Assembly: GCA_040217195.1 (NCBI GenBank)
Contig: JAVJNR010000003.1
Location: 736,001 to 800,000, forward strand
Length of the DNA: 64,000 nucleotides
Source: Leptospiraceae bacterium
Lineage (GTDB): Bacteria > Spirochaetota > Leptospiria > Leptospirales > Leptonemataceae
Direction of reading: 5' to 3'
Shown in pieces: positions 19,449-28,352 of the stretch (position 1 is its first letter; every line of letters begins with the position of its first letter). The translations under genes and the position numbers were made by a program. The notes below the pieces were generated by a model. It ran no database searches, was not told the DNA's origin, and saw only the letters and a program-made list of their open reading frames with translations.

Positions 19449-22181
19449 CTACTGCTGAACGCAGATGATACTATGCGAGTTGCGACAGTCTTCTTCTGCG
19501 TTGGTAAAAGTTCCGGATCCATTGGAGTTCCAAATCTCTCCGTAGAACTCAACACTACCGGCCGTTGGACAGGTCTGGAAAGTAAACCCATGGCAATTGT
19601 GTCGATACACTGTGGAAGGATCGACGCAGCTCCCGGTTGGAGTACTCGCCTGAGTCTGTGGTGCAAGCGAAGTGTTCATTCCAGTCCAGTAGGTGCCGCT
19701 AGGCCAGTATATCGCACTAGCATTATGTCTGGCCATACTGGTAGGATCGAACGAACTTCCTACAAATGCATGACTGGCCTCATCGTTACAGGTGCCGGCA
19801 CCGGTGCACAGGTAATAATAATTGGAAGAGTTGATCACCCAGTCTGTGCCTGTGCTACGATCATTCACTTCTCCACTACTATCACTGGCAATCAGCGCTT
19901 TATAAGTTCCGCTTGGAGCATATCCGGGTTTATTGCTATTGCAGATATTGTCTGCTCCCTGGACTCCCTGAGCGGTCATCTCACCCGGAGTATTCGTGGT
20001 GGCGATAAATACAGCCTTTCCAGCAGGCTCGTTATCTACGTTGGTTACATTTATGCTACCAGGTGATCGCCCGGAATAGCCAGCGTCCGTGCCTGTAGAA
20101 CCAGCCCCGAAATTCACTGAAAAGGTCTGATTACCATCAGCGAAGTCATCGTCCGCTCCGTTTACCGTAAACGATTTCACGTTAGTCGAACCGGCAGTAC
20201 AAGTGCCGTTGCTTGTAGCATCTGACTGCTCACCAGCACCCCAGGAAATCGAAGCCGGAGAGATCGTTGATCCTGCCTCATCCCCAGATGTAGCAGGAGT
20301 CAGCACAACGGTACCGGTGGGGCTGGCCCCCAGGCACACGTAGATGGTAGCAGTTGTAACCTCATCTTCGCTGGTATTGCCTACACGGTTAATATAGTAA
20401 TACTGCTCATTGTCGTTGGTCCGGGCGTATATTTCCACGGGATTGTAAGAATTGAAAGTGCCATCTGCAGAAGAGGACGCCGCCGTTTGCATAGTCCAAT
20501 CACGGTTCTGCGGCGTATTTACAATACTGTCATTGGCATGATTCAAGATCACACGGTTCGAGCCGCCAGCCAGCAAGGTGTTGTAATTGCTGCTATCAAT
20601 CACCACTGGTGTACTACCCGGAGTTCCGCCTTCTGTAGCATCGCTACTTGACAGCGTTACATTCACATCTGCGGCCGGTGAAGACTTGGTAATCAACCAA
20701 GTAGTGCTTGTGCCGCCTTCTGTCCTGCTGAACCGGTTCCCCATCGTTCCCAGTGGGGAACCAGAAAAGTTGCAATGAGCGATAACGTTGGTTGCATCGT
20801 TGTCGCAGGATCTAATCCGAAACACTGGCTCAGTTACTGAAGTGTTATAAGTAGAGTCGCTTGAAGACGCATCAAATGTCACATTATAATCCTGAAGCCC
20901 ACTATTTACAGAGTCTGTGGCACCTTCCACTTGCACGGTTTGGAAATTATTCCAGTTGCTCGGTGTAAAAGTTAGGCTACCGGTTAGCAGGTTGCATTTT
21001 GAACCGCAATTGGAGGAAAAGTTAAGCGTTACATCGGCAGATGGTTTCGAACGCAGGCGAATTCTGAACGTGGCATATGTAGCTCCCATTTGATTCGCTT
21101 CATCTGTCGCAAATCCGACAATGGTACCCCCTCCAGAATTTGTACTACCAGAACTCGTTTCTCCAGGAGCCGTATGGGAAAATTCCCAAGCATACCCGGG
21201 CACGCTCTGGTCACGGTTATATATCACAACATCCCTTGGATCGATACCGTTATAATCGCCATCGGAACTGGATGTACTCTCCACAGCAATTGTGTATATC
21301 TTGATTCCATCAACTTCAAGGTCATCCACGGCAGTAACCGTAACGGTCTGTGGTGTATTCCAATCACCTGGAGTAAAAGTCAGGGTTGTAGGGCTGGTTG
21401 TGCCCTCACGATTACCGGCATTAGTGGAGTCCGCAGTATCGTTTATTGGGATAGTAACGTTTGACAGAGGTGCAGTACGCAGAACAACGGAAAAAGTTCC
21501 GCTATTTGGTGTCGCCACTCCGGGCTCTTCCATAACATTCGAGATGTTGGAAACTCGAATCCCAGGCCCTTCATCGTCTTCCATTTGAACTGTTATGCTA
21601 CATGGAGTCTTGTTATGATAGGATCCGTCTTCGTTAATCTCACCCTCTGAATCCCTTTCAGTAACCCGGCCCATGGTAATTTCAAGAGGATCTTCAGGTG
21701 TATTTCTATCAAGATCATCCACGCGAGTAAAGGTAAAGCATTGTCGCTCCGCTACTCCCTCTGCATCAAAACTCAGCATTGCAGGAAGCGGGTCTCCATC
21801 CACAGAAGTAGGAAAGGAGCGGGTAACATCCACTCGACCATCATAAGAGCCGTTAGTAGTCAGGCCAAACTCAACACTACCCGAGAAGGCAACGTTAGGA
21901 TAGATGCAGGTTTCGAAGGACCGGTAGCCCCAGGATGTGCCACCGTTTACGTCATTTTCTGCGATCCCCTTGTCTTCGGAATCATCAAAAGTGGCTATTA
22001 CATCACCATCCTCTAGAAGAGAGATCTCTCGATAGGTGACGGTAATATCAGAAGTACAGGAATTGTCGTTTGACTGAAAAGCAGTACCAAACAACAGGCT
22101 ATCCCCTGCTCCCGTGGTTCCCAGGCATCCCAGACTGAAAACACTAACTGTTAATATTGCAAAGTAGTATGTGTATCGCAT
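19449..22181 (-). CDS. Large surface lipoprotein with Calx-beta/cadherin-like repeats and a C-terminal DUF1554 (Len/endostatin-like) domain
   Basis: Lipobox SLGC; repeated LTFTP.[DN]WN..QTV.V motifs; C-terminal GVQGADNIC..GTYKALI..YWTG..C..IICVQQ. Confidence 0.78.
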   Translation of the reverse strand: MRYTYYFAILTVSVFSLGCLGTTGAGDSLLFGTAFQSNDNSCTSDITVTYREISLLEDGDVIATFDDSEDKGIAENDVNGGTSWGYRSFETCIYPNVAFSGSVEFGLTTNGSYDGRVDVTRSFPTSVDGDPLPAMLSFDAEGVAERQCFTFTRVDDLDRNTPEDPLEITMGRVTERDSEGEINEDGSYHNKTPCSITVQMEDDEGPGIRVSNISNVMEEPGVATPNSGTFSVVLRTAPLSNVTIPINDTADSTNAGNREGTTSPTTLTFTPGDWNTPQTVTVTAVDDLEVDGIKIYTIAVESTSSSDGDYNGIDPRDVVIYNRDQSVPGYAWEFSHTAPGETSSGSTNSGGGTIVGFATDEANQMGATYATFRIRLRSKPSADVTLNFSSNCGSKCNLLTGSLTFTPSNWNNFQTVQVEGATDSVNSGLQDYNVTFDASSSDSTYNTSVTEPVFRIRSCDNDATNVIAHCNFSGSPLGTMGNRFSRTEGGTSTTWLITKSSPAADVNVTLSSSDATEGGTPGSTPVVIDSSNYNTLLAGGSNRVILNHANDSIVNTPQNRDWTMQTAASSSADGTFNSYNPVEIYARTNDNEQYYYINRVGNTSEDEVTTATIYVCLGASPTGTVVLTPATSGDEAGSTISPASISWGAGEQSDATSNGTCTAGSTNVKSFTVNGADDDFADGNQTFSVNFGAGSTGTDAGYSGRSPGSINVTNVDNEPAGKAVFIATTNTPGEMTAQGVQGADNICNSNKPGYAPSGTYKALIASDSSGEVNDRSTGTDWVINSSNYYYLCTGAGTCNDEASHAFVGSSFDPTSMARHNASAIYWPSGTYWTGMNTSLAPQTQASTPTGSCVDPSTVYRHNCHGFTFQTCPTAGSVEFYGEIWNSNGSGTFTNAEEDCRNSHSIICVQQ

Positions 22182-22280
22182 TGCATTCCCCCGCCGATTT
22201 ACGGCCTATACTAAGAAACGGACGGCCTAATATGCTGGCGCAATGCAAAAAAAGGCTTACTACCTGTCTGTTTTTACAGG

Positions 22281-22877
22281 TTATCGTTTTCGCCATTTCC
22301 AGGGGGGTTGAGGATTCGATCTGTTCCAGAGACCTGCGCGATCGTCTTGTGCCTGCTTCTGATCATCTAAATACTTCTTCGAGTATCTTCTAAAAGCCCA
22401 GGCGCATCCTTTGCGAACAAGTTCAGCATTCAAATCTACTCCTTTCAGAGACATAACGGTGGCCACATTTCTGCCGTAGGGGTCCTCATACTCGGTTTCT
22501 ATGCGAAACGCTTCTTTTTGCAGTATTTCTTGCAGGCAGCTTTTTGCATCCCGTCCAAATTCCTGATCCAGTTCCGGAGCATCTACGCCATGCATTCGAA
22601 CCTTGATCTGACGACCATTCAGCCGTGCTGTAAATGTATCTCCATCGGCCACGCGGATCAATTCAGCGGCGGTGCCTGCGTCAGATTTTAGCTCCGGGCC
22701 CTGACTGCTGCTCGAAGAATCCGAATTGGCCACTGAATCTGATTCTGGCTTACAACCAGAGCCCAGGATCATCAGAACAAGAGTGATTGCAATTGGGCCA
22801 GCAAACCGCCAGGCCGGGCCGGTTGAAATACCCGGAACAGAGTCCAATCCAGTAGATTTCAGAGTCCTTCGGCGCAT
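22281..22877 (-). CDS. Thermonuclease (staphylococcal nuclease family) lipoprotein
   Basis: RVADGDT, KVRMHGVDAPE, DPYGR, NAELVRKGCAW, RAGLW..PPWKWR; lipobox GSGC. Confidence 0.92.
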   Translation of the reverse strand: MRRRTLKSTGLDSVPGISTGPAWRFAGPIAITLVLMILGSGCKPESDSVANSDSSSSSQGPELKSDAGTAAELIRVADGDTFTARLNGRQIKVRMHGVDAPELDQEFGRDAKSCLQEILQKEAFRIETEYEDPYGRNVATVMSLKGVDLNAELVRKGCAWAFRRYSKKYLDDQKQAQDDRAGLWNRSNPQPPWKWRKR

Positions 22878-23007
22878 ATCGCTCAAAGACTCTTCCGTAG
22901 CTCAGAGGGCAGCCTTTTTTCTATGTTAGTGGACTCCCGGATCCGCTCCTTTCCCGGACCAAACCGCAAAAATACTTGTCGATGAACCCTGGACTGTTAT
23001 CCTGACT

Positions 23008-23030
23008 ATTCATAGTATTCAGATAGGAAT
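23008..23030. promoter_or_regulatory. Palindromic operator ATTCATA-N9-TAGGAAT upstream of cysH
   Basis: One mismatch from the cysI copy in the arms, same 9-bp spacer; about 20 bp upstream of the cysH ATG. Confidence 0.7.
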
Positions 23031-23049
23031 CATTCTATAGGAAACCGGT

Positions 23050-23802
23050 ATGGCCACAAAACAACTGGACTGGAAGAAAATCGCAGATCTAAATAAGGAT
23101 CCCGAGTTACAGACCGCTAACTCGATTGTTGACTGGGCAGCAAATTCCGGTCTGAATCTGGGGCTGGCCAGTAGCTTTAGCGCCGAGGACACCACTTTAA
23201 TCGATCACCTGGCCAGGGCCGTTCGAGCCGTGCCAGAAGCTGCAAAAAGAATTCATGTATTCTACCTGGAAACCGGACGGTTGCACGAAGAGACCCTGCA
23301 AACCCTGGAACAATGCAGAAAAATCTATCCAGAACTGGACTTCAAAGGCTATTTCCCGGCCCAGGCTGCTGTGGAACATCTCATTGGAGAAAAGGGGTTG
23401 TATTCATTCTACGATTCCATTGAGAACCGGAAGGAATGCTGCTTTGTGCGAAAAGTGGAACCTCTGAGCCGGGCTCTCAGAGATCTGGATGGCTGGATTA
23501 CGGGACTCAGACAATCCCAATCCGTAACACGAGCGAATCTACCGGTATTCCAGCTGGATACGGATCACGGAGGAATACTAAAGCTTAACCCATTGTCCTC
23601 CTGGGAAGAATCCGATGTGTATAACTATATAGAAGAAAACGATGTACCTTTGAATCCTCTGCATAAGCAGGGCTTTCCGAGTATTGGCTGCGCCCCCTGT
23701 ACCCGGGCTGTGCAACCTGGAGAGGATATACGGGCCGGCCGGTGGTGGTGGGAGAATCCGGAGCATAAAGAATGCGGATTACATGCAGGAGGCTCCAAAT
23801 GA
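23050..23802 (+). CDS. cysH: Adenylyl-sulfate (APS) reductase, thioredoxin-dependent, 4Fe-4S type
   Basis: ECCFVRKVEPL, WITGLR, SIGCAPCT, RAGRWWWE, KECGLH. Confidence 0.95.
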   Translation: MATKQLDWKKIADLNKDPELQTANSIVDWAANSGLNLGLASSFSAEDTTLIDHLARAVRAVPEAAKRIHVFYLETGRLHEETLQTLEQCRKIYPELDFKGYFPAQAAVEHLIGEKGLYSFYDSIENRKECCFVRKVEPLSRALRDLDGWITGLRQSQSVTRANLPVFQLDTDHGGILKLNPLSSWEESDVYNYIEENDVPLNPLHKQGFPSIGCAPCTRAVQPGEDIRAGRWWWENPEHKECGLHAGGSK

Positions 23803-24695
23803 TGCGCCAGCAAGAAGGCTTTTCTGGAGCTAAGAATCAAAAAACCGGTGCCAGCTCTGCGGAAGGTCTAGCGAAATCCCAGCAATACCAGGGAAGTGTG
23901 GTACTGGCAGGTGCCGGCCCCGGGGATCCAGATCTTCTCACGCGAAAAGCCATCAAAGCTCTTCGAAAAGCAGATGCAGTGTTGTACGATCGACTCATCG
24001 ATCCAGCCGTTCTGCGATATGCCAGAAATGCCATCAAGATTCCAGTGGGTAAAAAACCAGGTCGGTGCCAGGAAACCCGGCAGCGCAGGATTCATCAGCT
24101 AATGGTGTATTATGCGCGAAAGGGCTACAACATTGTAAGATTGAAGGGAGGCGATCCGTTCATTTTTGGAAGAGGAGGCGAAGAGCTTCAGATATTGCGG
24201 AATGCTGGCATTCAATGCGAAGTAATACCCGGTATAAGCTCCTTCTATTCCGTTCCGGAAAACGTTGGCATTCCATTGACATTTCGCGGAATCTCCACTG
24301 CCTTTGGAGTTTTCACCGGACATGAAGCGGATCGCACTTCAGGAATTGCCTACGATGCAGCGGCTCGTATACCCACCGCCGTTTTTCTGATGGGCGTTAA
24401 AAAGCTTCCCGAAATTTCCAGGCAGTTAATTCTACATGGCCGAGCACCAGAAACACCGGTAGCCATCATTCGAAACGGCACCAGATCCAACCAGGAGGTT
24501 CGTATCACTGATCTGGCTACGGCTCCTCATTTAGAAGGCCTGGCTTCGCCTTCCATCATAGTGGTAGGCGAAGTAGTTCATGCACTGGGAATTTCTCCAG
24601 ATGCTTCCAGCCTGGCCGCTCTAACGGAACTGGCCAATGAAATGGAGTCTGCAGTGCCCCGGAAAACAGAAAAGATTGCTCCAACTCGCAGTTAA
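23799..24695 (+). CDS. cobA: Uroporphyrinogen-III C-methyltransferase (siroheme synthesis)
   Basis: GAGPGDPDLLT, LYDRL, RLKGGDPFIFGRGGEE, IPGISS; ATGA overlap with cysH. Confidence 0.93.
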   Translation: MMRQQEGFSGAKNQKTGASSAEGLAKSQQYQGSVVLAGAGPGDPDLLTRKAIKALRKADAVLYDRLIDPAVLRYARNAIKIPVGKKPGRCQETRQRRIHQLMVYYARKGYNIVRLKGGDPFIFGRGGEELQILRNAGIQCEVIPGISSFYSVPENVGIPLTFRGISTAFGVFTGHEADRTSGIAYDAAARIPTAVFLMGVKKLPEISRQLILHGRAPETPVAIIRNGTRSNQEVRITDLATAPHLEGLASPSIIVVGEVVHALGISPDASSLAALTELANEMESAVPRKTEKIAPTRS

Positions 24696-24781
24696 CTAAT
24701 TTGCAGGTACCTGCCCTGGGTCGGGACAAACGGGATCTAACTCTGGTCCAGGAATGATCCTGGCCAGGGGATGCCCCTGGC

Positions 24782-25150
24782 TTAGCGATGTTGATCAAAT
24801 AAGATGGAATTTCCGTCTGGATCTTTAAGTGTAAAACTGGCAGGACCTTCGGAATTCTTTGTTTCGCTATCCAGGGAAATCCCCTGATCCTTGAGCTTTT
24901 TCTCTATTTCGCGAATATCTGTAAAACTTTCCAGTTCGCTTGCATTCTGGTCCCATCCTGGATTGAAAGTTAGAATATTGCCTTCGAACATACCCTGAAA
25001 TAAGCCAATATTGCAATCCCCGTTTTTCATAATTAGCCAGCCCTGATCCTGCTGCCCATGGAATACCTGAAAACCCAGGGCTTCGTAAAAATCCCTGGAT
25101 TTCTGAATATCCTTCACTGCAAGACTAATGGAAAAACAACCTGGATTCAT
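24782..25150 (-). CDS. VOC/glyoxalase family protein
   Basis: SLAVKDIQKSRDFYEALGF, IGLFQGMFE.NILTFNPGWD, DPDGN.ILFDQH. Confidence 0.9.
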   Translation of the reverse strand: MNPGCFSISLAVKDIQKSRDFYEALGFQVFHGQQDQGWLIMKNGDCNIGLFQGMFEGNILTFNPGWDQNASELESFTDIREIEKKLKDQGISLDSETKNSEGPASFTLKDPDGNSILFDQHR

Positions 25151-25407
25151 TTTATACCTGCCTGAATTTCGATAATTCGTATCAGAGACATGCCCAATCC
25201 TTCCAGCACTTTTTCAATTCTCCATCCGCAGATCCGTTCATAGGAAAAGCCTTTAGGTGGCCGTAGCTTGCGCTCGGTAGAGTGAGACATACTTCCGCGA
25301 CTGTAAATCCAGCCACCATAAAAGCTACCCTGCCCTGGAAACAAAACAGCTAACAATGCCCTGAACAGATTCTTGACATGTGAATTTTTGCTACTGGTAT
25401 TTAGCCC

Positions 25408-26415
25408 ATGCTGCGATTGTTTCTACTTCTGCTATTGGAAGCCGCTTCAGTATTCATTCTTTATCGCATTTCGATTACATCACCGACCATAGAATATGAA
25501 GTGCGCGAAATCTCCGGCTACATAGCTCTTGGCATTCATTGCCTGGCTTTGCTGCTTGCCCTGATCCTGGGGCCCAGAGGCGGCCAGGATTGGTCGGTAT
25601 CCCGTGAAAAGGCCCGGGCGAACCTAATCTACCTGGGCATCTTCCCTGCTTTCTCAGGATTTTGTATATACCTGGCATCCAATCAGAATATGTCATTGCT
25701 GGGAGTTTCCGGAGCCCTGAATGCGATGCTGGCATTATTCCTTTTGAACTGGTATCGCATGGATTTCCAACAGGCTGACCATCAGTTGAAACACAATTCC
25801 CTTTACGGGGAATTCCTGCCGCCGGCCGTAACCAGGAGTAATGGACTATTGGTAAAAAAGTTTATAGAGGGCACCTCTCTGGTCCTTCGAGGCAAAGCCG
25901 ATTGGGAAAGATTGGCAGGCTTTATTTTCTGGATTTTACTCTCTGCAGGGCTTGCAGGGATACTTTATCTGTCAGAAAACCAGAGTCTCTCCGGTTGGAT
26001 CATAGCCGTTCTACCAATTCTGGTTGCAATTCTGCACTACAAAGATGTCTGGCAGCTAAAAATTCGACTTTCTGCCAACTATCTTTCCATTGAGGACCAT
26101 ACCCTCATCACGAATCAAGATACGGATACCTCTATTTCACTCATATATGTGCAGGGTTTTCGCGTGGCCCATGAAACGCCCGGACATTACGTCTGGTTCC
26201 ATGAATCAAAGACTCATCAGTATTACAGACAACACAGAATTAGAATCTATGCGATTATGAAAAAGGGAGCTGATTACGGAAATTTAAGTATGGAGGGCTC
26301 GGAAGCTCTGGTGGGGGATTTTCATATTCTTTCTGAGAGTTCTGAGGAAGATGCAAACGAAGCTGAATACTTTATCAACAATGCACTTGCAAGCATCAAT
26401 GAACGATTAGGCTGA
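25408..26415 (+). CDS. Hypothetical membrane protein
   Basis: About 6 hydrophobic helices and a soluble C-terminal domain; TTGACA upstream. Confidence 0.6.
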   Translation: MLRLFLLLLLEAASVFILYRISITSPTIEYEVREISGYIALGIHCLALLLALILGPRGGQDWSVSREKARANLIYLGIFPAFSGFCIYLASNQNMSLLGVSGALNAMLALFLLNWYRMDFQQADHQLKHNSLYGEFLPPAVTRSNGLLVKKFIEGTSLVLRGKADWERLAGFIFWILLSAGLAGILYLSENQSLSGWIIAVLPILVAILHYKDVWQLKIRLSANYLSIEDHTLITNQDTDTSISLIYVQGFRVAHETPGHYVWFHESKTHQYYRQHRIRIYAIMKKGADYGNLSMEGSEALVGDFHILSESSEEDANEAEYFINNALASINERLG

Positions 26416-26566
26416 TCCGCTGACGGCCTATGTTGGTATTCCGGGTTCCATTGAACTCAAGCAACCAGAACCCGGGATAGGTTTTTTCACTGGTCATGGT
26501 CTGAGATGTTATCCAATTGTAACTCCGGATCATGAAATCCGAATAGAACAGAAAACGAGGAAAAAC

Positions 26567-26908
26567 ATGGAAAATGGGAAAACCTATTACAATCCCGAAG
26601 ATTTAAAGAAGTTTGGCAACATTGCTGATTTTCAGCCAGAACTGGCGAAGAAATTCTTTGATTATTATGGAACGGTGTTTCAGGAAGGAGCATTGACTGC
26701 CAGGGAGAAGTCCCTAATTGCACTGGCAGTATCACATGCTGTTCAGTGTCCCTACTGCATTGACGCTTACACTGTGGATACAATGGAAAAGGGAGCCTCG
26801 GAAGCGCAGATGATGGAAGCAGTTCATGTAGCGGCTGCAATACGAGGCGGTGCATCTCTGGTTCATGGTGTTCAAATGATGAATCGAGCAAGCGAACTCT
26901 CCATGTAA
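26567..26908 (+). CDS. AhpD/CMD-family peroxidase-like protein associated with ArsS
   Basis: YYNPEDLKKFG..KKFFDYY, REKSLIALAV..QCPYCIDAY, AAAIRGGASLVHG. Confidence 0.9.
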   Translation: MENGKTYYNPEDLKKFGNIADFQPELAKKFFDYYGTVFQEGALTAREKSLIALAVSHAVQCPYCIDAYTVDTMEKGASEAQMMEAVHVAAAIRGGASLVHGVQMMNRASELSM

Positions 26909-26945
26909 TTTTTTAGCGCATTGAATAAGAAGGTGAATCCAGAAG

Positions 26946-28010
26946 ATGACTAATGTAATGCCCACACTTTCAAAATCAGGAAATGAATTGGCCAGCTCCG
27001 AAGAGCAGCTGAGAATCCTTTCGCAACCGTTGCCGGACGGAAAGATACTGCCGTCATTTGAGCAGCGACTGTCTTCTATCGGCCTGGATCCATTCAAGCC
27101 CACAAAGATTGGCATCTTTCAGATGAACCTGGGTAAGCTCTGTAATCAGACCTGCAAACATTGTCATGTGGATGCTGGCCCCGACCGTACAGAAGTAATG
27201 TCCAAACATACAATGCAGGAATGTCTGGATGCTCTTGACCGAAGCGATATACCCACCGTGGATATTACCGGAGGTGCCCCGGAGATTAATCCAGATTTTC
27301 GCTGGCTGGTTGAGCAGCTTCGCATGCGAAACAAGCATATAATGGTCCGCTGCAACCTGACTGTAATTATGTCTGGATTAAAGTATCGCGACCTGCCTTC
27401 ATTCTTCGCCGAAAACCAGGTAGAAGTGATCTGTTCGCTTCCTTTCTATACGGAAGGTAGAACAGACCGCCAGAGAGGAGATGGAGTGTTTCAAAAATCC
27501 ATGGATGCACTCAAGGAACTGAATCGGATGGGCTATGCTCAGCCAGATTCAGACTTGAAGTTAAACCTGGTCTATAACCCGGCAGGAGCCTTTCTGCCCG
27601 GCAATCAGAGCGATCTACAGTCCGAGTTCAAGCGAGAACTGGAAAACCAGCATGGCGTGCAATTCAATGAATTGTATACTATCACCAATATGCCCATCAG
27701 TCGTTATCTGGAGTTTCTGATTCGATCCGGAAACTACGCAGAATACATGACCAGGCTGGTTGAAGCTTTCAATCCATCGGCTGCAACTGGAGTGATGTGC
27801 AGAGATACTATTTCTATTGGCTGGGACGGAACCCTATATGATTGCGATTTCAATCAGATGCTGGATATGCGAATTGAAGACCAGTATACAGGCCATGTAA
27901 GAGATTTTGACCAGAACCTTCTGGAGAGTCGAACCATTCGTACTCATCAGCATTGCTACGGATGCACGGCCGGGGCAGGCTCAAGTTGCGGCGGAGCTGT
28001 GTCCGAATAA
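26946..28010 (+). CDS. arsS: Radical SAM protein, ArsS (arsenosugar biosynthesis)/DUF3641 family
   Basis: QMNLGKLCNQTCKHCHVDAGP, DITGGAPE, NLVYNP, MCR..YDCDFNQML, HCYGCTAGAGSSCGG. Confidence 0.88.
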   Translation: MTNVMPTLSKSGNELASSEEQLRILSQPLPDGKILPSFEQRLSSIGLDPFKPTKIGIFQMNLGKLCNQTCKHCHVDAGPDRTEVMSKHTMQECLDALDRSDIPTVDITGGAPEINPDFRWLVEQLRMRNKHIMVRCNLTVIMSGLKYRDLPSFFAENQVEVICSLPFYTEGRTDRQRGDGVFQKSMDALKELNRMGYAQPDSDLKLNLVYNPAGAFLPGNQSDLQSEFKRELENQHGVQFNELYTITNMPISRYLEFLIRSGNYAEYMTRLVEAFNPSAATGVMCRDTISIGWDGTLYDCDFNQMLDMRIEDQYTGHVRDFDQNLLESRTIRTHQHCYGCTAGAGSSCGGAVSE

Positions 28011-28352
28011 GAAAAGCAGCCTCTCCAAACCGGCCGTTGCATTGAACCATAGGTCTATAACCACGGCTGGAACCGGGAGCTTGTATGGATCCTGGAGATT
28101 TAAACAGGATCCTTGTTCAGCCGGCTGCCCGGACAATTATTCGATTGGCATAAAACCATCTGTCTGAATTGAAGCGTCTTGATCCGAGCCGGTAATCTAC
28201 ACGTTGCCCGAGCACTCCAACGATCCATAATGGGCGGACCAGGAGGCAATAGCCCGACCGTACGCAGAAAGCGAGGGCCCATTGCCGTAGCCGAAAATCG
28301 GACACCTACTGGAAAAAACCTATGAAGGTATATTAAAAGGCTATCTATTCTA

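Noticed and set aside
19473..22016. Plus-strand ORFs opposite the large lipoprotein, and similar shadow ORFs throughout the window
   Set aside because: They are antisense or off-frame to well-supported genes and have no recognisable motifs.
26946..28352. Selenoprotein with a SECIS element
   Set aside because: The ORF reads through with Cys codons and ends in TAA; the downstream inverted repeats have no UGA to serve.
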